32,000 nucleotides of DNA from Pseudomonas aeruginosa (GTDB taxonomy: Bacteria > Pseudomonadota > Gammaproteobacteria > Pseudomonadales > Pseudomonadaceae): assembly GCF_001457615.1 (NCBI RefSeq), contig NZ_LN831024.1:6120001-6152000 (forward strand), read 5' to 3'. This document shows positions 1-8,821 of this stretch, piece after piece. The notes beneath the pieces were generated by a model, which made no database searches, was not told the origin of the DNA, and was given only the letters and a program-made list of their open reading frames with translations. Positions within the stretch are counted from its first letter, which is position 1, and each line of letters starts with the position of its first letter. The position numbers were made by a program, and so were the translations under genes.

Positions 1-607
1 GCATCTGCGGCTTGTAGGCGAGCCACAGTCGCTCGAGCTGGCCGATGGGGTCGTGCTCGGCCCAGTCGACGCGCAGGTCGACCACCGGCCAGAGCAGGTC
101 GCCGACCACCGACAGCGCCGCCGAATGCACCGGCCCGGCTTCGCCACCAGCGGCCAGCGCGGCACGCATCGCCGCCAGCAGGCGCTCGGCGAGCAGGCCT
201 TCGGCGTTCTCGAAGGCATCCACCATCGCCTCGATCACTTCCGGCGCGGCCAGCAGGTTGCCGGCCGCCACGCATTGTTCGCCGGCCCGCGCATGGTGGA
301 CGCCGAGCGCCTCGCGGCCGGTGAACAACGCGGTGCGGCCGTGCTGGTCGATCACCGTGACCTGGCGATACTGGCCATAGCCGTTGCTGCTCAGCGCCTG
401 GTCCAGCGCTTCGCCAGGGGCCAGGCCCTGGTCGAGGCGGTCGAGGATCTGCGGGCCGAGCGCCGGCAGGGTGATGTTCTGCGTAGCCACCGCGCCGGTG
501 CCGGCGCGCAGCCAGGGACAACGGGCGCCGACGGCGATGCTCGACGAGCTGATGGCGATGCCCAGCTGGCCGGTTTCGGCGCAGCGGCCGACGATGGAAA
601 AGGTCAT
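1..607 (-). CDS. DUF1028-family (Ntn-hydrolase-like) protein; N-terminal part only, the 3' end runs off the window start
   Basis: Reverse-strand ATG at 607-605 translates to MTFSIVGRCAETGQLGIAISSSSIAVGARCPWLRAGTGAVATQNITLPALGPQ..., the characteristic MTFSIV start of DUF1028. The frame stays open to position 1 with strong GC3 bias. It is absent from the ORF track because no stop lies in the window. The start is 14 nt downstream of the preceding RidA-like stop. Confidence 0.75.
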   Translation of the reverse strand, partial: MTFSIVGRCAETGQLGIAISSSSIAVGARCPWLRAGTGAVATQNITLPALGPQILDRLDQGLAPGEALDQALSSNGYGQYRQVTVIDQHGRTALFTGREALGVHHARAGEQCVAAGNLLAAPEVIEAMVDAFENAEGLLAERLLAAMRAALAAGGEAGPVHSAALSVVGDLLWPVVDLRVDWAEHDPIGQLERLWLAYKPQM

Positions 608-620
608 GGCGCGCGCCTCC

Positions 621-1043
621 TCATTGCTGCCAGTCGCCGGGAATCACCGCGATCACGTCGATCTCCATCAGCCACTGCGGCTGGCCGAGGGCCGAGACCA
701 CCAGTCCGGTGGAGATCGGGAACACCCCTTTGAGCCACTTGCCGACTTCGCGATAGACCGGCTCGCGGTAGCGCGGATCGATCAGGTAGGTGGTGGTCTT
801 GACGATGTGCGAGAGGTCGCTGCCGGCTTCCTCAAGCAGTTGCTTGACGTTCTTCATCGCCTGCTCGGCCTGGGCGCGCGGGTCGCCGAGGCCGACCAGG
901 TTGCCGTCGAAGTCGGTGCCGACCTGGCCGCGCACGTACACCGTGTTGCCGGCGCGCACGGCCTGGCAGAGATCGTTGTCCAGGGACTGGTTGGGGTAGG
1001 TGTCCTTGGTGTTGAACATGCGAATGCGGGTATGGGTAGGCAT
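621..1043 (-). CDS. RidA/YjgF/TdcF-family reactive-intermediate (enamine/imine) deaminase, 140 aa
   Basis: Internal ATG (1043-1041) of track ORF 621..1400 gives MPTHTRIRMFNTKDTYPNQS...VYVRGQVGTDFDGNLVGLGDPRAQAEQAMKNVKQLLEEAGSDLSHIVKTTTYLID, a typical YjgF/RidA pattern. The start overlaps the upstream gene's stop (TGATG, 1-nt overlap). Confidence 0.88.
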   Translation of the reverse strand: MPTHTRIRMFNTKDTYPNQSLDNDLCQAVRAGNTVYVRGQVGTDFDGNLVGLGDPRAQAEQAMKNVKQLLEEAGSDLSHIVKTTTYLIDPRYREPVYREVGKWLKGVFPISTGLVVSALGQPQWLMEIDVIAVIPGDWQQ

Positions 1044-2395
1044 CAGCTGACTTCCTGGAGGCTGGTTTGCGGAGCTTGCGAGGCGCGGTCCTGTTCCTGG
1101 CGCTGGGCGGCGTCGCGGTATGCGAGGTACTTGCGCTGGATGGCGATGTGGTCGGCGACATGGCGCGCGTCGTGCCAGACGCCCCAGATGAACGAGGAGC
1201 CGCGCCGCGACAGCCAGGGCAGGCCGATGAAATACACGCCGGGTTCGCTGGACACGCCACGCTGGTGGCGCGGCTTGCCGTCGCGGTCGAAGGCATCGAC
1301 CTGCAGCCAGCCGAAGTCGACGGCATAGCCGGTGGCCCAGATGATGCTGCCCACCCCGGCCTCGGCCAGGTCCAGTTCGAGGATCGGATCGGTCACGCAC
1401 TGCGGGTCCGGCAGCCGGCGGCGCGCCTCGGGCTCTTCCGGCAGGTCAAGGCCGTTGCGGGCGATATAGGCGTCGGCGGCGTCGAGCAACGCCAGGTAGT
1501 TCTCGTCGCCGCGCGCCAGGTTCTCCGCCAGGTCCGGCCGGAAGGTCGCGACGCCGTCGACGAAGGATTCGGTCAGTCCGACCAGGGTCACGCCCTGATG
1601 CGCCAGGGCGCGGAAGTCCACGGTATGTCCGCCGCGGGCACCGCTCACGGCGATGGTCACATGCTCGCGCCCGGGCTTGGCGACTTCCGCATCCCATTCG
1701 CCGAGCACGCCCAGCCACCAGCAGAAGTCGCGGTTGCGGTAGGAACGCGGCGGACGGTCATGAGCGCCCACCGAGAGGTAGACCTGGCGCCCGGCACGTT
1801 GCAGCTCGTCGGCGATCTGTACCCCCGACGAACCGGCGCCGACCACCAGTACCGCACCTTCGGGCAGCTGCTGCGGGTTGTAGTAGTGGGCCGAGTGGAT
1901 CTGCCGGATACGCTCGTCGCGCGGCGCGATCGGCGGGATCACCGGACGCTGGAACGGGCCAGTGGCGGCGACCACGCGGTTGGCCTCGATGGTCCCTGCG
2001 GAGGTGTCCACGGTGAAGCCGGGGCGGCCGACATTGCGCACCACCTTCCTCACCTCGACGCCGGTACGGATCGGCGCGTCGAATTTCTTCGCGTAGGCCT
2101 CGAAATAGGCCGCCACCTGGTCCTTGCCGGGGAAACCGTCGGGATCGATGTCGAATTCCATTCCCGGGAAGCGGTCGTGCCAGGCCGGGCCGTTGGCCAC
2201 CAGCGAATCCCAGCGTCCGCTGCGCCAGGCCTCGGCGATGCGGTTGCGCTCCAGGACCAGGTGCGGCACGCCGAGCCGGCTCAGGTGCTCGCTCATCGCC
2301 ACGCCGGCCTGGCCGGCGCCGACGACGAGGGTGTCGGTCTTTTCCACGGTCCCGTCCGTGCGCGAGGGCAAGGCGGTGCGATTCAGGTCGGTCAT
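1043..2395 (-). CDS. FAD/NAD(P)-binding flavoprotein monooxygenase (class B FMO / CzcO-like, COG2072), 450 aa
   Basis: Two dinucleotide-binding motifs are present (VVGAGQAGVAMSEHL and VVGAGSSGVQIADEL). GAGGA lies 8 nt before the ATG at 2395. The 3' end is coupled to the RidA-like gene. Confidence 0.88.
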   Translation of the reverse strand: MTDLNRTALPSRTDGTVEKTDTLVVGAGQAGVAMSEHLSRLGVPHLVLERNRIAEAWRSGRWDSLVANGPAWHDRFPGMEFDIDPDGFPGKDQVAAYFEAYAKKFDAPIRTGVEVRKVVRNVGRPGFTVDTSAGTIEANRVVAATGPFQRPVIPPIAPRDERIRQIHSAHYYNPQQLPEGAVLVVGAGSSGVQIADELQRAGRQVYLSVGAHDRPPRSYRNRDFCWWLGVLGEWDAEVAKPGREHVTIAVSGARGGHTVDFRALAHQGVTLVGLTESFVDGVATFRPDLAENLARGDENYLALLDAADAYIARNGLDLPEEPEARRRLPDPQCVTDPILELDLAEAGVGSIIWATGYAVDFGWLQVDAFDRDGKPRHQRGVSSEPGVYFIGLPWLSRRGSSFIWGVWHDARHVADHIAIQRKYLAYRDAAQRQEQDRASQAPQTSLQEVS

Positions 2396-2591
2396 GGCTC
2401 GGTTCCTCGGACTCTGGTCGTTCTTGTTCTGCGGTTGCGTGATGGCCGCATTCTGTTCAGAGCCGGGGAATAGCGAAATTATGATTTTTGTAGTCGCTGG
2501 CTAGGGAAAAGCTGCACGCCCGCGCGGTCGGCGGGCGGCAGAGGCGTCGCTCAGGACCTGCCGACGATCTGGCGAGCTGGAGAAACCGGGC

Positions 2592-2619
2592 GAAAACGGA
2601 CGGGGAAGCGGAGTCCCCG
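2592..2619 (-). terminator. Candidate intrinsic terminator downstream of cls
   Basis: On the minus strand, stem CGGGGA / TCCCCG (2601-2606 / 2614-2619) has a 7-nt loop and is followed by TCCGTTTTCG. The stem is short and the T-run weak. Confidence 0.3.
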
Positions 2620-2688
2620 AACGGCAACCGAGCTTTCCGAAGCCGTTTCCAACGCGGTTTTGCCGACGTACAGAGTTCGCGAAGGTTT

Positions 2689-4122
2689 TCAGAGGATCGG
2701 CGAGACCAGCCGCGCCACGCGCATCCCCAGTTGCTGCAGGCGGCGCACGCTGCGGCGGTCTTCCGGAGTGAATTCGAGCGACTCGGCGAAGTCCGCCTCG
2801 AGCATCGCCTCCACCTCGCCGGCGAAGCCCTCGTCGACGGTCACCACCATCACCTCGAAATTCAGCCGGAACGAACGGTTGTCCAGGTTGGCGCTGCCGA
2901 CGGCGGCGGTGTCGCGGTCCACCAGCACCACCTTCTGGTGGAGGAAGCCGGGCTGGTAGCGGAACACCTTGACCCCGGCACGGATCGCCTCCAGCGCGTA
3001 GAGGCTGGACGCGGCATACACCGTGCGGTGGTCCGGGCGCGAGGGTATCAGCAGGCGCACGTCGACGCCGCGCAGCACCGCCAGGCGCAGGGCGGCCATC
3101 ACCGCTTCGTCGGGAACGAAATACGGCGAGGTGATCCAGACCCGCTCGTGGGCGGCGTTGATCATCTCGACGAAGAACAGCGAGCAGGTTTCCTGGGCAT
3201 CCGCCGGACCGCTGGCGACTACCTGGCAGAGCGCGCCCTCGCTGTCGTACTGCGGCGGCAGGATCAGCGGCGGCAGGCTGTGGGTCGCCCAGTACCAGTC
3301 CTCGGCGAAGCTTTCCTGCAGGCACGCCACCGCCGGCCCGCGCAGTTCCATGTGGGTGTCGCGCCAGGGCGCCAGCGGCGGCTTCTCGCCGAGGTACTCG
3401 ACGCCGACGTTGTGCCCGCCGACGAAACCGCACTCGCCATCCACCACCACGACCTTGCGGTGGTTGCGGAAATTCACCTGGAAGCGGTTGAGCATGCCGC
3501 TGCCGGTGCTGAAGCCATGCATCTGCACGCCGCCCTGGCGCATCCGCTCGACATAGCGGTGCGGCAGCGCGTGGCTGCCGATGGCGTCATAGAGGAAGAA
3601 CACCTCGACGCCGTTGGCCGCACGTTCCAGCAGCAGTTGCTGGAGGCGCTGGCCAAGGGCGTCGTCGCGGACGATGAAGAACTGCACCAGGATCACCTGG
3701 CGGGCGGCGGAAATCGCCTTGAACATCGCCTCGAAGCTGGCCTCGCCGTTGACCAGCAGGCGCACCCGGTTGTTCGCCAGGGTCGGCGTGCGGGTCATCC
3801 GCACCAGCGCCTTGAGCCCCTTGTAGCCGCTGACCTGGCGGGCCGCCAGGGCCTCCTCGACCCAGGGACGCCAGTCCAGCTCGGCGGCCGCCAGGTGCAT
3901 CTCGCGGTTGGCCTGGCGCCGCGCCTCGATGTAGGCGTCGAAACGGCTGCGACCGAACACCAGGTACGGCAGCAGGGTCAGGTACGGCATGAATACCAAC
4001 GAGGTGGCCCAGGCGATCGCGCCCTGGGCGGTGCGCACGGTGAGCACGGCATGGATGGCGGCGACGAAGCCGAGTACCTGGATACCGACCAGCAGCAGGC
4101 CGAGGTAGGTGGTGGAGGTCAT
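2689..4122 (-). CDS. cls: Cardiolipin synthase (phospholipase D superfamily, two HKD motifs)
   Basis: Sequence begins [27 protein letters not shown], the N-terminal TM pair. HKD motifs are [19 protein letters not shown] and [23 protein letters not shown], and the protein ends VARLVSPIL like ClsA. The track ORF extends to 4350. I chose the ATG at 4122; in-frame ATGs at 4164 and 4161 are alternatives. Confidence 0.9.
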   Translation of the reverse strand: MTSTTYLGLLLVGIQVLGFVAAIHAVLTVRTAQGAIAWATSLVFMPYLTLLPYLVFGRSRFDAYIEARRQANREMHLAAAELDWRPWVEEALAARQVSGYKGLKALVRMTRTPTLANNRVRLLVNGEASFEAMFKAISAARQVILVQFFIVRDDALGQRLQQLLLERAANGVEVFFLYDAIGSHALPHRYVERMRQGGVQMHGFSTGSGMLNRFQVNFRNHRKVVVVDGECGFVGGHNVGVEYLGEKPPLAPWRDTHMELRGPAVACLQESFAEDWYWATHSLPPLILPPQYDSEGALCQVVASGPADAQETCSLFFVEMINAAHERVWITSPYFVPDEAVMAALRLAVLRGVDVRLLIPSRPDHRTVYAASSLYALEAIRAGVKVFRYQPGFLHQKVVLVDRDTAAVGSANLDNRSFRLNFEVMVVTVDEGFAGEVEAMLEADFAESLEFTPEDRRSVRRLQQLGMRVARLVSPIL

Positions 4123-4315
4123 TGCGCGAGGTCGATCCTTGTCCACTCCGGTGGCGGCCATCATAGCCCTCTCCGGGGTAGGTCTGGCCAGCCTGGCAAA
4201 CAGCCAGGGGGGCGAGGCGGGATTGGCAGGATCCGTGGGATCGACGTCATTCGGCCGCGCTCGCCCTGCCCTACGCTGTTCCCATCGAAAACCACCGCAG
4301 ACCGAGGAGCCCGCC

Positions 4316-4786
4316 ATGAGCGACGTCCGTCCCCCGCTTCCCCCCTTCACCGCCGAAACCGCCGCGCAGAAGGTCCGCGCCGCCGAGGACGGCTGGAACA
4401 GCCGCGACCCGCAGCGCGTCTCGCTGGCCTACAGTCCCGACAGCGTCTGGCGCAATCGCTCGACCTTCGTCCGCGGCCGCGAGCGGATCGTCGAATTCCT
4501 CAGCGGCAAGTGGCAGCGCGAGCAGGAGTACCGGCTGATCAAGGAACTCTGGGCGTTTACCGGCAACCGCATCGCCGTGCGCTTCGCCTATGAATGGCAC
4601 GACGACTCGGGCAACTGGTTCCGCTCCTACGGCAACGAGAACTGGGCGTTCGACGAGCAGGGATTGATGTACGAACGTCACGCCAGCATCAACGACCTGC
4701 CGATCCGCGAGGACCAGCGGCTGTTCCGCTGGCCGCTGGGGCGCCGGCCGGACAACCATCCGTCGCTCGGCGAACTCGGCCTCTGA
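4316..4786 (+). CDS. DUF1348 / NTF2-like (SnoaL-like) conserved protein, 156 aa
   Basis: Internal ATG at 4316 follows GAGGAG (4303-4308). Sequence is [81 protein letters not shown]. The 69 codons upstream in the track ORF overlap the cls start region. Confidence 0.82.
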   Translation: MSDVRPPLPPFTAETAAQKVRAAEDGWNSRDPQRVSLAYSPDSVWRNRSTFVRGRERIVEFLSGKWQREQEYRLIKELWAFTGNRIAVRFAYEWHDDSGNWFRSYGNENWAFDEQGLMYERHASINDLPIREDQRLFRWPLGRRPDNHPSLGELGL

Positions 4787-5007
4787 ACCCGCGCCGGCAG
4801 GGGCGCGCGCACTCCCCGTTGCCGGCCCCGGGCGGCCAGCGCCTGTTCCATCCGCGACATTGCCCTCCGTCGTTGCGGTCGCACGCTTGACGCTTTCGGC
4901 ACGACCCTGGTCGTTTTCGGGCCGGGTCGCGCCGGGCCCCGACGATATGCTGCCCCCAAAGCGTCGGCACAAGTCCCGGCGCGCCCAGCCTGAAAGGGGT
5001 ATGCCAG
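4787..5007 (+). promoter_or_regulatory. Upstream region of the dgc operon (promoter expected; no specific site called)
   Basis: A 221-bp non-coding gap precedes six co-oriented, tightly spaced genes. Glycine-betaine/dimethylglycine-responsive control via the AraC-family regulator GbdR is established for this locus, but I cannot place the site from sequence alone. Confidence 0.4.
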
Positions 5008-5985
5008 ATGAGCCCAGCCGAATTGCACGCCGACAGCATCGTCATCGACGGTCTGATCATCGCCAAGTGGAACCGCGAACTGTTCGAGGACATGCGCAAG
5101 GGCGGCCTGACCGCCGCCAATTGCACCGTATCGGTATGGGAAGGCTTCCAGGCGACGGTGAACAATATCGTCGCCAGCAACAAGCTGATCCGCGACAACA
5201 GCGACCTGGTGATCCCGGTGCGCAGCACCGCGGACATCCGCAAGGCCAAGGAGCAGGGCAAGACCGGCATCCTCTACGGTTTCCAGAATGCCCACGCATT
5301 CGAGGACCAGATCGGCTACGTCGAGGTGTTCAAGCAGCTCGGCGTGGGCATCGTGCAGATGTGCTACAACACCCAGAACCTGGTCGGCACCGGCTGCTAC
5401 GAGCGTGACGGCGGGCTCTCCGGCTTCGGTCGGGAGATCGTCGCGGAGATGAACCGGGTCGGCATCATGTGCGACCTCTCCCACGTCGGCAGCAAGACTT
5501 CCGAAGAGGTCATCCTCGAATCGAAGAAGCCGGTCTGCTACTCCCACTGCCTGCCGTCCGGCCTCAAGGAACACCCGCGCAACAAGTCCGACGAGGAGCT
5601 GAAGTTCATCGCCGATCATGGCGGCTTCGTCGGTGTGACCATGTTCGCGCCGTTCCTCAAGAAAGGCATCGACTCGACCATCGACGACTACGCCGAGGCC
5701 ATCGAGTACGTGATGAACATCGTCGGCGAGGACGCCATCGGCATCGGCACCGATTTCACCCAGGGCCACGGCCACGACTTCTTCGAGTGGCTGACCCACG
5801 ACAAGGGCTACGCCCGGCGCCTGACCAACTTCGGCAAGATCGTCAACCCGCTGGGCATCCGCACCGTCGGCGAATTCCCCAACCTCACCGAGACCCTGCT
5901 CGAGCGCGGCATGCCCGAGCGCGTGGTGCGCAAGGTGATGGGCGAGAACTGGGTAAGGGTCCTGCGCGACGTCTGGGGCGAGTAA
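5008..5985 (+). CDS. Membrane (renal) dipeptidase family M19-like protein, 325 aa, first gene of the dgc operon
   Basis: M19-like blocks are DLSHVGSKTSEEV, PVCYSHCLPSGLKEHPRNKSDEELKFIADHGGFVGV and IGIGTDF. The N-terminal HxD metal motif appears replaced (VIDGLIIAKWN). Confidence 0.85.
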   Translation: MSPAELHADSIVIDGLIIAKWNRELFEDMRKGGLTAANCTVSVWEGFQATVNNIVASNKLIRDNSDLVIPVRSTADIRKAKEQGKTGILYGFQNAHAFEDQIGYVEVFKQLGVGIVQMCYNTQNLVGTGCYERDGGLSGFGREIVAEMNRVGIMCDLSHVGSKTSEEVILESKKPVCYSHCLPSGLKEHPRNKSDEELKFIADHGGFVGVTMFAPFLKKGIDSTIDDYAEAIEYVMNIVGEDAIGIGTDFTQGHGHDFFEWLTHDKGYARRLTNFGKIVNPLGIRTVGEFPNLTETLLERGMPERVVRKVMGENWVRVLRDVWGE

Positions 5986-6009
5986 CTCCCGGCCCACTCC
6001 CGACTCGTC

Positions 6010-6031
6010 GCCTCTTCCTCAAGGGAGCGGC
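6010..6031. repeat. Degenerate CT/GA intercistronic hairpin (family copy 1)
   Basis: GCCTCTTCC-tcaa-GGGAGCGGC: nine paired positions including one mismatch and one G-U pair. It lies between the M19-like gene and the next gene. Confidence 0.4.
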
Positions 6032-6061
6032 ATTGCATCGCACCCATCTTCCCTCTCCCCG

Positions 6062-6085
6062 CCTCTCTCCCTGAAGGGAGAGAGG
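6062..6085. repeat. CT/GA intercistronic hairpin (family copy 2)
   Basis: CCTCTCTCCC (6062-6071) - tgaa - GGGAGAGAGG (6076-6085), a perfect 10-bp stem, 27 nt before the ATG at 6112. Confidence 0.7.
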
Positions 6086-6111
6086 GAGTCAAAAGAATCG
6101 GAGCTTACACC

Positions 6112-6642
6112 ATGGCCAAACATGCCCCCCAACTGCCCATCGAGGTCGACAGCGAGACCGGCGTCTGGACCACTGACGCCCTGCCGATGCTCTACGTACC
6201 GCGACATTTCTTCGTCAACAACCACATGGGCATCGAGGAAGTGCTGGGCGCCGACGCCTACGCCGAGATCCTCTACAAGGCCGGCTACAAGTCCGCCTGG
6301 CACTGGTGCGAGAAGGAAGCCGAATGTCACGGCCTGGAGGGCGTGGCGGTGTTCGAGCACTACATGAAGCGCCTGTCCCAGCGCGGCTGGGGCCTGTTCG
6401 AGATCGAGCGGATCAACCTCGAGGAAGGCACCGCCGAGGTCCGCCTGCGGCACTCCGCCTTCGTCTACGTCTACGGCAAGGTCAATCGCAAGGTCGATTA
6501 CATGTTCACCGGCTGGTTCGCCGGCGCCATGGACCAGATCCTCGCCGCCCGTGGCAGCAGCCTGCGCACCGTGGCCGAACAGGTCTACAGCGGCGCCGAG
6601 GACGGTCACGAAGACGGCCTGTTCGTCGTCAAACCCCTGTAA
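6112..6642 (+). CDS. Conserved protein of unknown function in the dgc operon (possible V4R-like ligand-binding fold), 176 aa
   Basis: GGAG lies 9 nt upstream and GC3 is high. The C-terminal half (GWGLFEIERINLEEGTAEVRLRHSAFVYVYGKVNRKVDYMFTGWFAGAMDQIL) resembles 4-vinyl-reductase (V4R) domains. That family assignment is from memory and is tentative. Confidence 0.75.
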   Translation: MAKHAPQLPIEVDSETGVWTTDALPMLYVPRHFFVNNHMGIEEVLGADAYAEILYKAGYKSAWHWCEKEAECHGLEGVAVFEHYMKRLSQRGWGLFEIERINLEEGTAEVRLRHSAFVYVYGKVNRKVDYMFTGWFAGAMDQILAARGSSLRTVAEQVYSGAEDGHEDGLFVVKPL

Positions 6643-6657
6643 GCCGAGGAAAGGGTC

Positions 6658-8718
6658 ATGGCCTTCGAAGCAATGTTCCAGCCGATCCAGATCGGCAAGC
6701 TGACCATCCGCAACCGCGTGCTCTCCACCGCCCACGCCGAGGTCTACGCCACCGACGGCGGGATGACCACCGAGCGCTACGTGAAGTACTACGAGGAAAA
6801 GGCCAAGGGCGGCATCGGCCTGGCCATCTGTGGCGGCTCCTCGGTGGTCGCCATCGACAGCCCGCAGCAGTGGTGGAGTTCGGTGAACCTGTCCACCGAC
6901 CGGATCATCCCGCACTTCCAGAACCTGGCGGACGCCATGCACAAGCACGGCGCCAAGATCATGATCCAGATTACCCACATGGGGCGCCGTTCGCGCTGGG
7001 ACGGCTACCACTGGCCGACCCTGATGTCGCCGTCGGGTATCCGCGAGCCGGTGCACCGCGCCACCTGCAAGACCATCGAGGTGGAGGAGATCTGGCGGGT
7101 CATCGGCAACTACGCGCAGGCCGCCCGCCGCGCCAAGGAAGGCGGCCTGGACGGCGTCGAGCTGTCCGCCGTGCACCAGCACATGATCGACCAGTTCTGG
7201 AGCCCACGGGTCAACAAGCGCACCGACGAATGGGGCGGTAGCTTCGAGGGGCGCATGAAGTTCGGCCTCGAGGTGCTCAAGGCGGTGCGCGCCGAGGTCG
7301 GCGAGGACTTCTGCGTCGGCATGCGCATCTGCGGCGACGAGTTCCACCCGGACGGCCTGTCCCACGAGGACATGAAGCAGATCGCCAAGTACTACAGCGA
7401 TACCGGCATGCTCGACTTCATCGGCGTGGTCGGCTCCGGCTGCGACACCCACAATACCCTGGCCAACGTCATCCCCAACATGACCTTCCCGCCGGAGCCG
7501 TTCCTGCACCTGGCGGCCGGCATCAAGGAAGTGGTCGACGTGCCGGTGCTACACGCGCAGAACATCAAGGACCCGAACCAGGCCACGCGCATCCTCGAAG
7601 GCGGCTACGTGGACATGGTCGGCATGACTCGCGCGCACATCGCCGACCCGCACCTGATCGCCAAGATCAAGATGGGCCAGGTCGACCAGATCAAGCAGTG
7701 CGTCGGCGCCAACTACTGCATCGACCGCCAGTACCAGGGCCTGGACGTGCTGTGCATCCAGAACGCCGCGACCTCCCGCGAATACATGGGCGTGCCGCAC
7801 ATCATCGAGAAGTCCGCCGGACCGAAGCGCAAGGTGGTGGTGGTCGGCGGCGGGCCGGCCGGGATGGAAGCGGCCCGCGTGGCGGCCGAGCGTGGCCACG
7901 ACGTGACCCTGTTCGAGAAGAAGGAGCAGCTCGGCGGCCAGATCACCACCGCCGCCAAGGCGCCGCAACGCGACCAGATCGCCGGCATCACCCGTTGGTA
8001 CCAGCTGGAGCTGGCGCGCCTGGGCATCGACCTGCGCCTGGGCACCGCGGCCGACCCCGAGACCATCCTCGACCTGCGCCCGGACGTGGTGGTGCTGGCC
8101 AACGGCGGACATCCGTTCCTCGAGCAGAACGAACACTGGGGCGCCGCCGAAGGCCTCGTGGTGAGCAGCTGGGACGTGCTCGACGGCACGGTCGAGCCAG
8201 GCAAGAACGTGCTGGTCTACGACACCATCTGCGAGTTCAGCGGCATGTCGGTGGCGGACTTCCTCGCCGACAAGGGCGCCCAGGTGGAGATCGTCACCGA
8301 CGACATCAAGCCGGGCGTGGCCATCGGCGGCACCACCTTCCCCACCTACTACCGCAGCATGTATCCCAAGGAAGTGATCATGACCGGCGACCTCATGCTG
8401 GAGAAGGTCTACCGCGAGGGCGACAAGCTGGTGGCGGTGCTGGAGAACGAATACACCGGCGCGCGGGAAGAGCGGGTGGTCGACCAGGTGGTGGTGGAAA
8501 ACGGCGTGCGCCCCGACGAGAGCCTCTACTACGCGCTCAAGCAGGGCTCGCGGAACAAGGGCCAGATCGACGTCGAGGCGCTGTTCGCGATCCAGCCGCA
8601 GCCCTGCCTCAGCCAGTCCGGAGAAGGCTACCTGCTGTTCCGCATCGGCGACTGCGTGGCCCAGCGCAACACCCATGCGGCGATCTATGACGCGCTGCGC
8701 TTGTGCAAGGATTTCTAA
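6658..8718 (+). CDS. dgcA: Dimethylglycine demethylation protein DgcA: OYE-like FMN TIM-barrel fused to an FAD/NAD(P)-binding domain, 686 aa
   Basis: The N-terminus is typical of the NADH:flavin oxidoreductase / 2,4-dienoyl-CoA reductase family (MFQPIQIGKLTIRNRVLSTAHAE). A Rossmann motif VVVVGGGPAGMEAARVAAERGHDVTLFEKK is present. Synteny with dgcB and ETF-like genes supports the call. Confidence 0.9.
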   Translation: MAFEAMFQPIQIGKLTIRNRVLSTAHAEVYATDGGMTTERYVKYYEEKAKGGIGLAICGGSSVVAIDSPQQWWSSVNLSTDRIIPHFQNLADAMHKHGAKIMIQITHMGRRSRWDGYHWPTLMSPSGIREPVHRATCKTIEVEEIWRVIGNYAQAARRAKEGGLDGVELSAVHQHMIDQFWSPRVNKRTDEWGGSFEGRMKFGLEVLKAVRAEVGEDFCVGMRICGDEFHPDGLSHEDMKQIAKYYSDTGMLDFIGVVGSGCDTHNTLANVIPNMTFPPEPFLHLAAGIKEVVDVPVLHAQNIKDPNQATRILEGGYVDMVGMTRAHIADPHLIAKIKMGQVDQIKQCVGANYCIDRQYQGLDVLCIQNAATSREYMGVPHIIEKSAGPKRKVVVVGGGPAGMEAARVAAERGHDVTLFEKKEQLGGQITTAAKAPQRDQIAGITRWYQLELARLGIDLRLGTAADPETILDLRPDVVVLANGGHPFLEQNEHWGAAEGLVVSSWDVLDGTVEPGKNVLVYDTICEFSGMSVADFLADKGAQVEIVTDDIKPGVAIGGTTFPTYYRSMYPKEVIMTGDLMLEKVYREGDKLVAVLENEYTGAREERVVDQVVVENGVRPDESLYYALKQGSRNKGQIDVEALFAIQPQPCLSQSGEGYLLFRIGDCVAQRNTHAAIYDALRLCKDF

Positions 8719-8756
8719 GACACGCCTCGTGGCATCCGACCGGCACGGCCGGCCCC

Positions 8757-8778
8757 CCTCTCCCGCAAGCGGGAGAGG
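8757..8778. repeat. CT/GA intercistronic hairpin (family copy 3)
   Basis: CCTCTCCCG (8757-8765) - caag - CGGGAGAGG (8770-8778), a 9-bp stem between dgcA and dgcB. Confidence 0.7.
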
Positions 8779-8821
8779 AGGCCGATCCAGCGCCGCCTGA
8801 CGTCCCGCAGGGAGACCAGAA

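Noticed and set aside
4123-4350. Upstream extensions of real genes in the ORF track: cls to 4350, DUF1348 from 4109, gbcB from 17802, ltaA to 23894, glyA from 24415, soxB from 25973, and the coiled-coil gene from 14531.
   Set aside because: The track reports the longest ORFs, including non-ATG starts. Family-typical N-termini and SD sequences support the internal starts, and the extensions overlap neighbouring genes or regulatory regions.
2731-4593. 620-aa plus-strand ORF opposite cls. Similar long antisense ORFs: 4678..5997(-), 6019..7509(-), 7549..8949(-), 8609..10780(-), 10683..12410(-), 16187..17458(+), 18195..19784(-), 24709..26130(-), 28510..31644(-).
   Set aside because: These are shadow ORFs typical of high-GC genomes. 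They lie antisense to genes with clear family signatures and are Arg/Ala/Gly/Pro/His-rich with low complexity. They have no recognisable motifs and no independent SD/start context.
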